A DNA stretch of 64,000 nucleotides. Source: Octopus bimaculoides (Eukaryota). The notes below the pieces were generated by a model. That model was not told where the DNA came from. It ran no database searches and saw only the letters and a program-made list of their open reading frames with translations. The stretch spans positions 60,688,085-60,752,084 of the forward strand of contig NC_068987.1 of assembly GCF_001194135.2 (NCBI RefSeq). The letters run 5' to 3'. This document shows, piece after piece, positions 37,744 through 50,105 of this stretch. The position numbers were made by a program, and so were the translations under genes. Within the stretch, counting starts at the first letter, position 1, and every line of letters starts with the position of its first letter.

Positions 37744-38371
37744 NNNNNNNNNNNNNNNNNNNNNNNNNNNNNNNNNNNNNNNNNNNNNNNNNNNNNNNNN
37801 NNNNNNNNNNNNNNNNNNNNNNNNNNNNNNNNNNNNNNNNNNNNNNNNNNNNNNNNNNNNNNNNNNNNNNNNNNNNNNNNNNNNNNNNNNNNNNNNNNNN
37901 NNNNNNNNNNNNNNNNNNNNNNNNNNNNNNNNNNNNNNNNNNNNNNNNNNNNNNNNNNNNNNNNNNNNNNNNNNNNNNNNNNNNNNNNNNNNNNNNNNNN
38001 NNNNNNNNNNNNNNNNNNNNNNNNNNNNNNNNNNNNNNNNNNNNNNNNNNNNNNNNNNNNNNNNNNNNNNNNNNNNNNNNNNNNNNNNNNNNNNNNNNNN
38101 NNNNNNNNNNNNNNNNNNNNNNNNNNNNNNNNNNNNNNNNNNNNNNNNNNNNNNNNNNNNNNNNNNNNNNNNNNNNNNNNNNNNNNNNNNNNNNNNNNNN
38201 NNNNNNNNNNNNNNNNNNNNNNNNNNNNNNNNNNNNNNNNNNNNNNNNNNNNNNNNNNNNNNNNNNNNNNNNNNNNNNNNNNNNNNNNNNNNNNNNNNNN
38301 NNNNNNNNNNNNNNNNNNNNNNNNNNNNNNNNNNNNNNNNNNNNNNNNNNNNNNNNNNNNNNTATATAATG

Positions 38372-39120
38372 GGGCTTTTTTACTCCTGACATGAATGTCT
38401 ATGCATCTGCAGGCATCACTTCAATTAAATCAATGATTCTGAAAAATCAAATGAGATGATCTGGCGATATTGTTCGAATGGTGGATGAACACACACCCAA
38501 ACAGCTGTTTTGGGGCAAGCGCTTACAGAGGGGAAACGCAATCGGTGTAAAACTAAAAATAGGTTTAAGGATGGCATAAGGACTACCATAAAGTCACTTG
38601 GAATGGATCCAGAGGCAATAGAAACCCTTGCTTCGGATTGAGCTGGATGGCAAACAAAAGTGTACAGTGGAGTGAAAGGTTTTGAGAAGGCCAGAATGAC
38701 ACATGCAACACTTGAGAAATTTAAAGATGTTGCGATCAAGAAGGTGAATCTTAAGTGACTTCTTTGTGTGCACAGTTTGTTACAGACCATGCCTTTCTTT
38801 TGCTAGGCTCAAATCTCATTTGCAAACCCATGAAAAACGAACTTCCACCAACTACTCTGCCTATATAAATGTGAGCACCTTTCAATGTTGTTTATGCCAT
38901 AAGGTCTGAAAATGTAATGGATTTTAAGACATTTTATGATCCAGAAAGATCAGAACTTAACTGCTGCTCTTGGTGATCTAAGTCAGATGGGCAATCTATG
39001 TTGGTGTCTTTTCAATACAATGCCTGGTTTAAAAAGCCACATCAGACGCCATGATGGATCTAAGGTATAAGTACAAGTGGTGGTCAGACTCTGCATGAGG
39101 AGTAGACAACTGCCATGTGT
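38372..39120 (+). mobile_element. RTE-clade LINE, decayed 3' end of the ORF with C2H2 fingers
   Basis: IKSMILKNQMR*SGDIVRMVDEHTPKQLFWG..TEGKRNRCKTKNRFKDGI..; CTVCYRPCLSFARLKSHLQTH at 38769-38831; a second finger remnant at ~38990-39052. Confidence 0.85.
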
Positions 39121-41149
39121 GTGTGTTGATATCATCAGGTAGCCGAATACAGTGAATGGGCTTGAAACGGCATACTACAAGGTGTATACCAAAATTTAAA
39201 ATTATTACTTATATAATTGAATAAGTAGGAGTCAATAAGGAGTACAGTTGGACATTTATTTGCAATCACTACAATTGTTTCTATGCGTTGTTGTTCTCCA
39301 GGCTTGTGTAATGCTACTACTGGATAGCACAGGGTGAAATCTGAAGGTGGGCACGCTTTATACTGTACTCTGCTTCATTCTTAACAGAATATAACACAAC
39401 TATATATATATATATATATATNNNNNNNNNNNNNNNNNNNNNNNNNNNNNNNNNNNNNNNNNNNNNNNNNNNNNNNNNNNNNNNNNNNNNNNNNNNNNNN
39501 NNNNNNNNNNNNNNNNNNNNNNNNNNNNNNNNNNNNNNNNNNNNNNNNNNNNNNNNNNNNNNNNNNNNNNNNNNNNNNNNNNNNNNNNNNNNNNNNNNNN
39601 NNNNNNNNNNNNNNNNNNNNNNNNNNNNNNNNNNNNNNNNNNNNNNNNNNNACAAAAAGACTACCAAAAACACATAACTAAAATAGTATTTCCTTGTGAT
39701 GGTATTTATTTCATTCTTATTTCTTGGTTGATACTAATCACTTCAGTTTATGCCTGGAGGTTTAAGAAAAACATTAGAGAAAACCACCTCTACTACCACC
39801 CTAAAAAAGAGTTCTTTTTACTCATCCATCAAGTTTATAATTGAACAGGATAAAAAGTGTTAGTGGTATCTTGGTTGTTGAATATTTTTGTTTTTTTGGG
39901 GAGGTGTTTTTATTTTTTTCTGCAGAAGTAATTTGTCTTGAAAACTTTGTAGTATTGAAAAATTTGGCTTTGTCACTTTGGATTAATGGTTTACATGCAG
40001 AAAGCATGTAAAGTGATAGAGTGCTGGAATAATCATACTAAAATAAGAAGTGGTGGGGAATATTAAAAAAAATAAACTCTAAAAATTAAACCACTATAGC
40101 AGAACATACAAGGAAGAAGAGTGATGAGAGTTCAAGATAGAAATCTTTGGCTAGAATATTAAATTTAGAGAGAATAAGCCAGTGAGTAACTGCCAAGAAG
40201 TTAGTAGAATGGATAGCTTTTTTTTGGAGTCAACAAAGATGCCTTTTGAGCCAACTGAATAATTTTTACATATTCATTTAACCTATTCAGTATGGCAGTC
40301 AGGTTTCTCTTTAGCGATATCCTCACTAGCATTAAAATGGAAATTGTGGATTTCGAGAATTAAATCTTGTCACTTAAAAGATCTGGTAGCCATGTTGATC
40401 AAGTGATTTGTTTAGTCATCTGATATTTGTCTTTTAGGTCTGCTCAAGATGATCTGACTTTTGCTATGTAGCAACAATGTTTCAAACTAACAAGGGTAAC
40501 GCCTACATGATCATTTGAAATAGCAGCCAAATCTCCCTCAAATCACACCCTATCATCTTTTGCAAAAAAAAGACAAAAAAAATGGAAGGCAGCATTGGAG
40601 AATGTAGTCCTAAGTATACTCTGCCTGAATAAAAGAAGTCACAAATGCAATGTCTTGAACCTAGGTCAACTTAATCAGGACTGACCTAGGGTTAAACCAC
40701 ATTAACAACATTCAACAGTGAGGGAATTGTGAAGCATATATTCATTTATGTGACCTGGTTAAATTACTGCTAAATTTTAGAAACTGTTCCTTAGTTAATA
40801 AATCACAGGTCTTGTACCAAAATTTGAAACCAATATCAGCATTTTATCTATTTGTTATGTAGAATATACGTTATGAGAGGAGCAGTATTTTTCTGGGTGG
40901 TTATTGTTTTATATCTGTTTGAGTTGTGCTTATTGAATTGAAAGTATAATGCATAGGATGTAGGTTTTTCCTAGAAGGCCTATATATTTCACTGTGTAGA
41001 ATTATAAGTAATTGTATGCCTATTGTATTTTTAACATTTCTTGTTTTTAAGGTTGTGCCCCAGCATGACCACAGTCAAATGACTGAAACAGATAAAAGAT
41101 AAAATGGGTACAATAAAGAGTACTTGTCTCCTTTGTCTAAAAATTTCTC

Positions 41150-41386
41150 CTTTGCTTTCTAGATTTTAAACACACCTTGAGGAAATTCTCAACTCTTGAT
41201 AGCTAGAATTTATCTCCTTATCTCCTTGCTTGTTTTTTAGATTTTAAACACTTGTAGAGAAAGCTTTTTTCTCTTAAAGGTTTGGGTTTATCTCCATTGC
41301 TTGTTCTTTAAGATTTTAAACATTCTTAGAGGGAGTTTTTCTTCTCTTGAGTACTAGGATTTATCTTGCTTGTTATCTGATTTTAA
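41150..41386. repeat. ~70-75 bp tandem repeat, 3-4 units; the last unit is split by a MITE
   Basis: TTGCTT...AGATTTTAAACA recurs at ~41160, ~41239 and ~41310; a fourth GATTTTAA at 41379 resumes after 41611. Confidence 0.75.
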
Positions 41387-41607
41387 CCCTTTAGTACTTA
41401 TACCGGCCATATCTGGCCAAAATATTCTACCTGTTTTATATTCAAACTGGTCAGATATGGTCTTTCATATCTACCTGACAGTGTCATTTTAAAAATAAAC
41501 AATCACATCATTGAGATCTCAAAGCCATGAAATAATGCATGATTAATTTAAAGTGGTGTAAAATGCATAAGCTTTACATTTGACAGAATAATCTGAATGC
41601 TAAAGGA
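41387..41607 (+). mobile_element. piggyBac-type MITE (family a)
   Basis: TTAA|CCCTTTAGTACT ... GAATGCTAAAGGA|TTAA, inserted at the TTAA of a tandem-repeat unit. Confidence 0.82.
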
Positions 41608-41719
41608 TTAAAGTTTTTTAGTGGGAGTTTTTATCTCCTAATTGGTAGGATATACTCAGCTGATGAAAGATTTTTCATCCCACTATACTTATGCAACATG
41701 CTTACTGTATATATATCAC

Positions 41720-41776
<57 letters not shown>

Positions 41777-42724
41777 TTCACATATTTGTTATGCACAATG
41801 TTCTTCCTCTTTCATACTTTAACATCTCGACATTATCTATTGAGTCTGCCAAAATGAAGACAAATGGAGGCAGTAAGTCGTTGCCAAAAATTAATTGGAT
41901 ATATCGTCACTGCTGCCATCATAAACCAACTAATTAATAGTTGTAACGATTTTTTTTTATTGCATGCAATGTATGTGCGTGTTCTAGAGAACATCAGTAC
42001 AAATTTTACACTGCTTCATTGTGGTGGTGGTCATAACTTATTTCATTTGGTTAGAGTATGTGCCAAAATGTACAAATGTTATGATCAATATTATTATTAT
42101 GTTTTCAATAGTTTCATTCAAGTTCACTACTAGGTGCATCATTGTGTTCCTTCGCTGTATGTAACATTGTGTATTTTGCTGGTGTAGGATTGTGTATATA
42201 TACTGTATGTATTTTGCTTTGTTTTGAGATTTATTTTTTTTCTGTTAGAATTGTTAGCATGCCAGGTAAAATGCTTAGCAGCATTTCATCCATCTTTATG
42301 TTCTGAGATGAAATTCTTCCAAGGTTGACTTTCACTTTCATCCTTTTGAGATCAATAAAATCAGTACCAGTTGGACACTAGGATTGATACATTTTACTTA
42401 CCCTGCCCCTGAAATTGCAGGCCTTGTGCCAAAATTTGAAACCAGTATCAGTGTTTTTTTCTATTTATTATGGAGAATATATTTTATGAGAGAAGCAATA
42501 ATTTGTCAGGTGGTTATTGTGCTTTATATCTGTTGTATGAGTTGTGCTTATTGAATTGAAAGTATTGTGCATAAGATGTAGGTTTTTCCAAGAAGGCCTA
42601 TGTATTTCACTGTGTAGAATTATATGTAATTGTATACCTATTGTTTTTGTTTTTTTTAACATTTCTTGTTTTTAAGGTTGTACCCCAGCATGGCTGCAGT
42701 CCAATGACTGAAACAAATATTCCG

Positions 42725-43230
42725 TTTATTATTGGTACAGTTTTGACTTTTATATTCCACATCTTGTTTATTTCCATTTTGATGATTCTTGTACTTTGAT
42801 AGGTTTTGTTGAGAAGAAATCAATTTAGTTGCTCAGAAAAGATTGATTTTGTTCAGAGATTTTTGTCCAGACGTAATAATTGTCTCTAGGAAAGTTGCTT
42901 CGATTACTTTGTCAGTTTAGATAGTTGTATACCAGATTGTTGTAACCAGATTATCGTTATATATTGTGTGTGGTACATATTTATATCACTTCTCCATTTT
43001 CACATCAAAGTGTCGGCTTATTGCACAATTGATGTATAGCTGATATATGTGGTTATATTCTGACTTTGCAAAGCAGCTTGAAAATGATGTGATTAATTGA
43101 TTCATTATATTGATTGCACTTCTGCACTCCACTTAAGCCTCTTGATTCATTAGTTGTTCTTTGTAGTTGTTTGTGGTTAAGCCCTGCTCTTGTGCAAATC
43201 AAATCCTTTTGATTTTTAGCTCGAAGTGTT
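42725..43230 (-). mobile_element. Decayed R4/Dong-like (RLE) non-LTR retrotransposon, 3' fragment
   Basis: With frameshifts: AQEQGLTTNNY..ECRS/CNQYNESINHII..AKSEY (CCHC knuckle)..MEK*YKYVP..TIWYTTI*TDKVIEA..SKYK..KMEINKMWNIKSK/VPII. Confidence 0.7.
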
Positions 43231-44402
43231 AATTTTTACTTTGACTTTCACTCCATTGAATTTTACATGATATTGGCCATGGAGTCGTTTTTCTTTCATT
43301 TTTTTTTTTTTTTCTATATTTTGGAATTCCAGTTTGAGTATGTCTTTTGCTTTTTGCTTAACTTCTATTTTGCCTTCATCTAAACGTAGTTTCAGTGTAG
43401 TTAGCTTATGATTTGTATTAAGAAAAGTTATTTATTTATATTTCTTTTCAGGTTTCTATATTATCCTAATCAATTTTCCTTTGCTTGCTTGTATTTTGTT
43501 GTTTTCTATTTGTTTCAAGCCTCAGATAGGTATTACTAATAATTAACGTAAGGCAGAAAGCTGACAGGACTGTAAGCATGCTAAATGAAATACTTAGCAA
43601 TATTTCTTACAACTTTACATACTGAGTTCAAATTCCACCAAGGTCAACTTCACTTCTCATCATTTGAGGATAATTTTGCCTTTCATCTCTTCAAGGTCAA
43701 TAAAATAAATGCCAGATGAGCACTGGAGGTTGATGTAATTAACTAGTTCTCTCTCCACAAATTTTCTGACCTTGTGCTTATAGTTGAAAGAATTATTAAT
43801 TATTAACATTGCTTTCCACATTCTTGATATTAACATCATTCAATTCCTACCTGACCAAACCATTAATTGCTGACCAAGCCATTAATTGTACGATAATAGT
43901 TTCTTTGTCAATTAATTGCTGAAATATAAAGATACAACAATTTAGAAGTGTCAACTGATTCAATAATCAACTGATTTAAAATACATTAAGAGCATTATCT
44001 GAAAATATAAAAGAATATTGATTTGCTTCAATTTTCATCAATTTCTTTTTGAAATTAAAGGTATTCTTATATTTGGAAATTTTACCATCAGGTTCATTAA
44101 TGTATAGTTTAAGAAATTGTTTTGTAACATTGACCTCAGTAGATGACTTTACCATTTTTTTTTTTAATCTTTTATTTGTTTTAGCCATTGGTCTGTGTCT
44201 ATACTTGGACACCACCTTGAAGGATTTAGTTGAAAAAAATTAATTCTAGCACTTTTTAAATATGATACTTATTCTGTTCATCCTTATTATAGGGATATAA
44301 ACAAACCAATGCCACTTGTCAAGTAATGGGGAGGGGACAAACACAAAGACAAGCATATGTGCTACATATGCGCATGTATATATATATATATATATATATA
44401 CA

Positions 44403-44455
<53 letters not shown>

Positions 44456-45004
44456 AGAGAAGTTGCAATTATGACCATCGAGTCTTTTATTCTGACATAG
44501 CGTATCTTATGCTCCATTGTCCAATATATCCCTCCTTGTCATTATAGTTTAATTTAGGTCGGGCTTGATTCAGCAGGTCTATGACCAAAGAAGTCCCTAA
44601 TAATGATCATTTCTACTATAGGTACAAGGCCTGAAATTTTAGGGGAGAGGGATAGTCGATTATATTGGCTCCAGTATTTCACTGGTACTTAATTTATCAA
44701 CCCCGAAATGATGAAACGTAAAGTTGACCTCGATAGAACTTGAACTCAGAATGTGAAGACGGATGAAACACCTAAGCATTTTGCCCAGTATGCTAACGAT
44801 TCTGCCAGCTCGCCACCTTAGAAATAATAATAATCTCAACTTTTATTTGGACACTGTATATCTTGAACTACATTATCTAATTTGTCCTTTCTTGTTTGCC
44901 ATCAGTTTATGTAAAGCTCTGACATCAGTTTTGTTAATTCTAAGGAATTCTAATAATGACCATCACAAGTTCAATTCAAACACAGTGTATCTAGGTTGTT
45001 GTTG

Positions 45005-45365
45005 GCACTCTGTCGCTTACGACGTCGAGGGTTCCAGTTGATCCGATCAACGGAACAGCCTGTTCGTGAAATTAACGTGCAAGTGGCTGAGCACTCCACA
45101 GACATGTGTACCCTTAACGTAGTTCTCGGAGATATTCAGCGTGACACAGTGTGACAAGGCTAACCCTTTGAATTACAGGCACAACAGAAACAGGAAGTAA
45201 GAGTGAGAGAAAGTTGTGGTAAAAGAGTACAACAGGGTTCGCCACCATCCCCTGTCGGAGCTTCGTGGAGCTTTAGGTGTTTTTGCTCAATAAACACTCA
45301 CAACGCCCGGTCTGGGAATCGAAACCGCGATCCCACTGCCCTAACCACTGGGCCATTGTGCCTCC
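45005..45365 (-). mobile_element. tRNA-derived SINE, family D, with (CAA)n tail
   Basis: Homologous to 36098-36461; CpG-rich; GTTGTTGTTG tail at ~44995-45004. Confidence 0.85.
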
Positions 45366-45624
45366 TGTGTATCAAGGACTATATTATGAATGTCCTTCCT
45401 TGTTATTGTTATTTAGCCTGTATCAATCTTGTTCCAGCTAATCTTATGATCAACGGTTTTCCAGCTATGACAATCCTATCTTTTGTTCAAGCATAACATA
45501 TCTAGGACTGCAGTTTCCTGTCTGTTTTTCCTCTTTTTTATATTTTATTAATATGGTTGTGTATAATTTGATGGAAATATGCTTATTAATTGTAGCAGAT
45601 TAAATAGTTATGTTGAGGCTCTTC

Positions 45625-45930
45625 CATTGGCTGTGGTAGTAAGTTTGATTCCTAGTCTGGGCTGTGTGTTGTGCTCTTGAGCAAGACACTTTATTTCACA
45701 TTGCTCCAGTTCACTCCATTGTAGAAATGAGTTGCAATGTCACTGATGCCAATCTGTATCGACCTTTGCCTTTCCCTTGGATAACATCGGTGGCATGGAG
45801 AGGGGAGGCTGGTATGCATGGGTGACTGCTAGTCTTCCATAAAAAACAACCCTGCCCAAACTTGTGCATTGGAGGGGAACTTCTCGTGGTCATTCATGAC
45901 CAAAGGGGATCTTTACTATTTTACCCTTTA
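45625..45930 (+). mobile_element. tRNA-derived SINE, family C (CORE-like central motif)
   Basis: GTTTGATTCC B box, then TTGAGCAAGACACTTTATTTCACATTGCTCCAGTTCACTC; other copies at ~22880-23090, 58860-59150 and 60760-61085. Confidence 0.75.
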
Positions 45931-46354
45931 CTTGCTAAGGGAATATGGATGTAAATCAAATGACCCTCACAGCTGGGTTATCCAGTACTCATTCAACTTG
46001 AACAATGCATTACACTGTCAAATTCCTCTACCATCCTAAATAATTATGTAATTCTAATGACACCAAAGTTAATATACAGTAGTTCTCTCAATTTATGTGC
46101 CCCTTCATCATGTATTTCTAATTAATGATTAAATGATGTCCATGAGTGTAATGAAGACTTTAGTGTTTTTGTCTCCTTTACTTAAAACATTGATGAATGC
46201 ATATAAATGTCAGTTAAAACAGATAAGTAGGTTTCTTTTGTATTCATGGGAAGTAAGTGTAAAACAATTAGATTGTGTATGAGAGATGATAGCCATTTGA
46301 AATACACACAACATGATTGTATGATAAAATACTGAATATACTGGTCTGTATGTG

Positions 46355-46575
46355 TGTCTGTCTATCTATATCTATCTATCTATATCTATTTATCTGTCTA
46401 TCTATCTCTATCTATATCTATTTATCTAACTATCTTTATCTATATCTTTTTATTTATCTATATTTATCTGTCTATCTATCTCTCTATATATTTATCTATC
46501 TGTTTGTCTATCTATTTGCTTATCTATCTATTTACCTATCCCTCTACCTACCTGTCTGTCTGCCTGTCTATCTGT
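46355..46575. repeat. (TATC/TGTC)n microsatellite
   Basis: Directly visible imperfect tetranucleotide array. Confidence 0.9.
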
Positions 46576-47061
46576 CTATCCATCGGTGCTCCTTTGGCAT
46601 ATGATCTATTAGGGAGATTAATTTAGGTTACTTTTTAGTTTACTTCTCAATTTCTAAAAACACATAAAGTGTTGGCTAAAGACTTTTACAATGTGATTAA
46701 TGATTAGACATAGGCAGTTGCATTTGTACAAAAAGCCAACATTAAATTCACATCAAAAATGAAAGGTGTCATTTTGGCATGTGATCTACAATTTAAAGGG
46801 GGATTACTTTAGGTTACTTTTTAGTTTACATTGTGTTAGTGATACTTTCCATGTGATCGGCGTGAGCAAATTTACTTTGGTGGGTGATCTACGTGTTTAT
46901 TTTAATTATTATATGGTTTTCTTATTGAAATAGAAAAAAATTTGAAAAAATACATTTACAATGTTAAATATGTACAAAATGATTTAAAAAGTAACCTAAA
47001 ATAGATCACACACCAAAGTAGCACCCATCCATCCATCCCTCCATCATATTATATTATACAA

Positions 47062-47438
47062 GGTACAAGCATGGTTGTGTGGTTAAGAAACTTGCTTTGT
47101 ACCCACATGGTTTTGGGTTCAGTTTCTCTGTGCTGTGCATTAGGCAAATGTCTTCTACTATAGCTCTAGTCTGACCGATGTCTTATGAGTGAATTTGGTA
47201 GATGGAAACTATGTGAAAGTCAATTTGTTTGTGTCTTTGTGGCAACTAGTGTTGATTCGTTTACATCCCTGTAACTTAGTAGCTTATGAAAAGGGAGAGA
47301 CTTGCAGAATAAGTACCAGACTTTAAAACAAAAAAAAAAAAAATAGGTGCAGCTTTGATTTGTTTGACTAAAATCCTTCAGCACATTTCTCCAGCATGGC
47401 CGCAGTCCAATGACTGAAATAAGTAAAGGATAAAAGAA
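47062..47438 (+). mobile_element. tRNA-derived SINE, family A
   Basis: Family A head, body and TGACTGAAATAAGTAAAGGATAAAAGA tail. Confidence 0.8.
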
Positions 47439-48959
47439 ATATGTGTGTGTTTTAAACGAGTAGGCAATCATGACTTTTCTGCAGTGTCTGTATTTTTTTA
47501 TATTAAAACACAGTCTGAGATCAAGTTGCCAACAATTAGAACTTGGAAATAAAATATATAGATAGTAAGTAAAATAAAATATATAATGGAATATAGTGTA
47601 GATAAATGTATTGAGAAAAAATGCAAACTAGAATATGTTACGTTGAACAAAATGAGAAATAAAGAGCATGTTTGAAAAGAACACAGCTCAAATATTATTT
47701 TCATTATTGAACTAAACTTGATACTTGGCGCCAGATGATAATCTGGTACTTTTCTTCATGACTAATGACATTGCTGGTTTCTTGATTATTTTAGTAGTGT
47801 GATGTAAATCCTCCCATATCTGTTACTATTGGAGGATGATACTGTTACTTAGAAATGATACGTACCAATGTTTTTTCATTATAAGCATTCTCTGAAATCT
47901 CTGTTTTCATATCAAAGAAAAGAAGTATGTAACTAACTAATATTACTCATCATTGTCATCATCTTCAATTTTACATTGACTTTCCCATGTTGCATGGAAT
48001 TTGTTGAAGCAAATTTTTCTACAGTTGGTTGCCTTTCTGCTATCAACCTTTGCCTGTTTCCAAGCAAAGTATTCATACACACACACACATGTGCATATAT
48101 ATATGTGCATGCATGCATGCATGATGGGCTTCTTTTTAGTTTCAATCTACAAAATCCTCTTTCAAGACTTAGGTTGGGCTGGGGCCCTGGGTTATAGTTG
48201 AAAACACTTGCCCAAGGTGTCATGCAGTGGGATTGAGCCTGAAACCAAGAAGTATTTAATTAAAATTATTCATCATCACCTTCACCATGTTGATGTTGAA
48301 AGTGATTCAGGTGTCTAACATTCATGCTAAAATTTGTTGACCAAGTCTGCATTGCGGAACGTGTGCGTATATCTTGATCCTGCATTATTACACCTACAAA
48401 GATCAATATTCTCAGGCTTGTTCCAACCACTTTCAATGCCTTCTAGTTTAATTTATATCACATCATACATATCTACCATGACTGGTCACTTCAAAAATCA
48501 ATGCTCTCAGAGATTCATTATGTCCACTTTGCTCATGTCTACTGCAGCCATTACCTGTCACTTCAATCTTACTAGAAAGACAACACGCTCTGATACCTAC
48601 ATAACTAGACACTTCATGGCAGAATGTTCAATATGGTCTCAGAACATTCTGAAGTCTCTCATATCTGGATTGCATGAAATTTTGAACTGTTTCAAAATGT
48701 TTGATCATTTCTCTCTCTATCCATAAAGACCTGACCAGGGATGTCTAACACCAATATGAACAGTCAAGCCAGTGAAGAAGCCTCTACCTGGTCACTTAAT
48801 CTGATGGAAATAGCAGACAAATTGTACTCAAACTATGTACTGCCAAGGACAGAAACAAAAAAAAGCATATTTGGTAATGAAGTCCTAGATATATACAGCA
48901 TATCTGAATGTCCAACAAAATGGTCACAGGTGAAATGTCTTTGATCAAAGCTGATTTGC

Positions 48960-49150
48960 TGATAAATAATAACAAGTAGAGTGTGTCTTAACAGAAAAAT
49001 TGTGTATAAGAGGCATCAGATATCATATACAAGAGGGAAGACTGTGCTGGTATGGTTATGTGCATATGGGCGAGGACAGCCACATAAAGAAGTGCTGATC
49101 TCTGACTGTGGAGAGAACCTGTGGAAGTAGTAGATCCATGAAGATATGGG
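48960..49150 (+). mobile_element. RTE LINE C-terminal ORF fragment
   Basis: QEGRLCWYGYVHMGEDSHIKKC*SLTVERTCGSSRSMKIWDEV parallels the C-terminus of the 54361-55890 element. Confidence 0.7.
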
Positions 49151-49689
49151 ATGAAGTGATGTTTTATTAATCATAGGAGGACGTAAACTAAAATCAACCA
49201 CAGAACACAAAGAAACATAAGCAAACACCACAAGACTTCTGGTTTAATACTCTACCATTTCCGCCTCTCTGCTATCAACTTTTAAATCATGTCATTCTTC
49301 CTCTCAGTATGATTCGTTGTAGCAAGACATTTGAAATTCTATGACACTAAGAATGATTTTGTCAATTTTCCGTGAATCAAGAAGTCATTATTAAATATTC
49401 AAGAAAACAAACAAATGTACTCATGAATTAGGAAGTTAATTAATTACATGAGCTTTTTTTTTTTTTTTTTTTTTTGTGAAGAATTAAAACAAAGAGTATT
49501 TCTAAAAGCCGAAATAATCTCATTCAAAATTAAATTGTATACAAATATTAAATGTTAATAGTTTTAATAAAATTTCTGTTTATATTAATTGTTTTTTTTT
49601 TTTTTCAAGTAACAATTAGATTTAAGTACTAAATAGCAATAATGTATTGTAAAAACAAAAATTGATTTTAGATGATGTGCGCCATGTGA

Positions 49690-50105
49690 AGCACAGGCGT
49701 GGCTGTTTGCTTCCCATCTTCATGGTTTCAGGTTCAATTCCACTGCATGGCAACTTGAGCAAGTGTCTTCTTTAGCCCCAGATCGACCAAAGCCTTCTGA
49801 GTAGATTTGGTGGACATAAACTGAAAGAAGTCTTTAGAGAGAGAGTGAGAGAAAGTGTGTGTGTGTGTGTGTGTGCATGTATTGTATATGTATGTGTGTC
49901 TTTGTGTCCATCTCCCTCCAACATTTGACAACCAGTGTTGGTTTGTTTATGTTCCTGTAACTTAGCAGTTTGTCAAAAAGTGATCAAATGGCGTTAGAAC
50001 CAGGCTTAAAAAACAGTACTGGTGTTGATTCATTCAACTAAATCCTTCTAAGTGGTGCCCCAGCATGGCTGCAGTCCAACAAGTGAAACTAGTAAAAGAT
50101 AAAAA
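49690..50105 (+). mobile_element. tRNA-derived SINE, family A
   Basis: Family A head (partly deleted), GA/GT tract and tail. Confidence 0.8.

Larger units (their letters stand above)
24108..39651. other. Span containing six assembly gaps (24108-24149, 33142-33151, 34347-34627, 35595-36052, 37744-38361, 39422-39651)
   Basis: Runs of N; all but the 10-N gap abut (TA)n tracts. Confidence 0.98.

Noticed and set aside
34241-39673. Long ORFs of 118-249 aa in the ORF track
   Set aside because: They are open only because they cross N-gaps and TA microsatellites.
48334-48944. 130-aa and 67-aa + strand ORFs
   Set aside because: No recognisable domain or splice context; adjacent to a decayed RTE fragment, so probably degenerate TE sequence.
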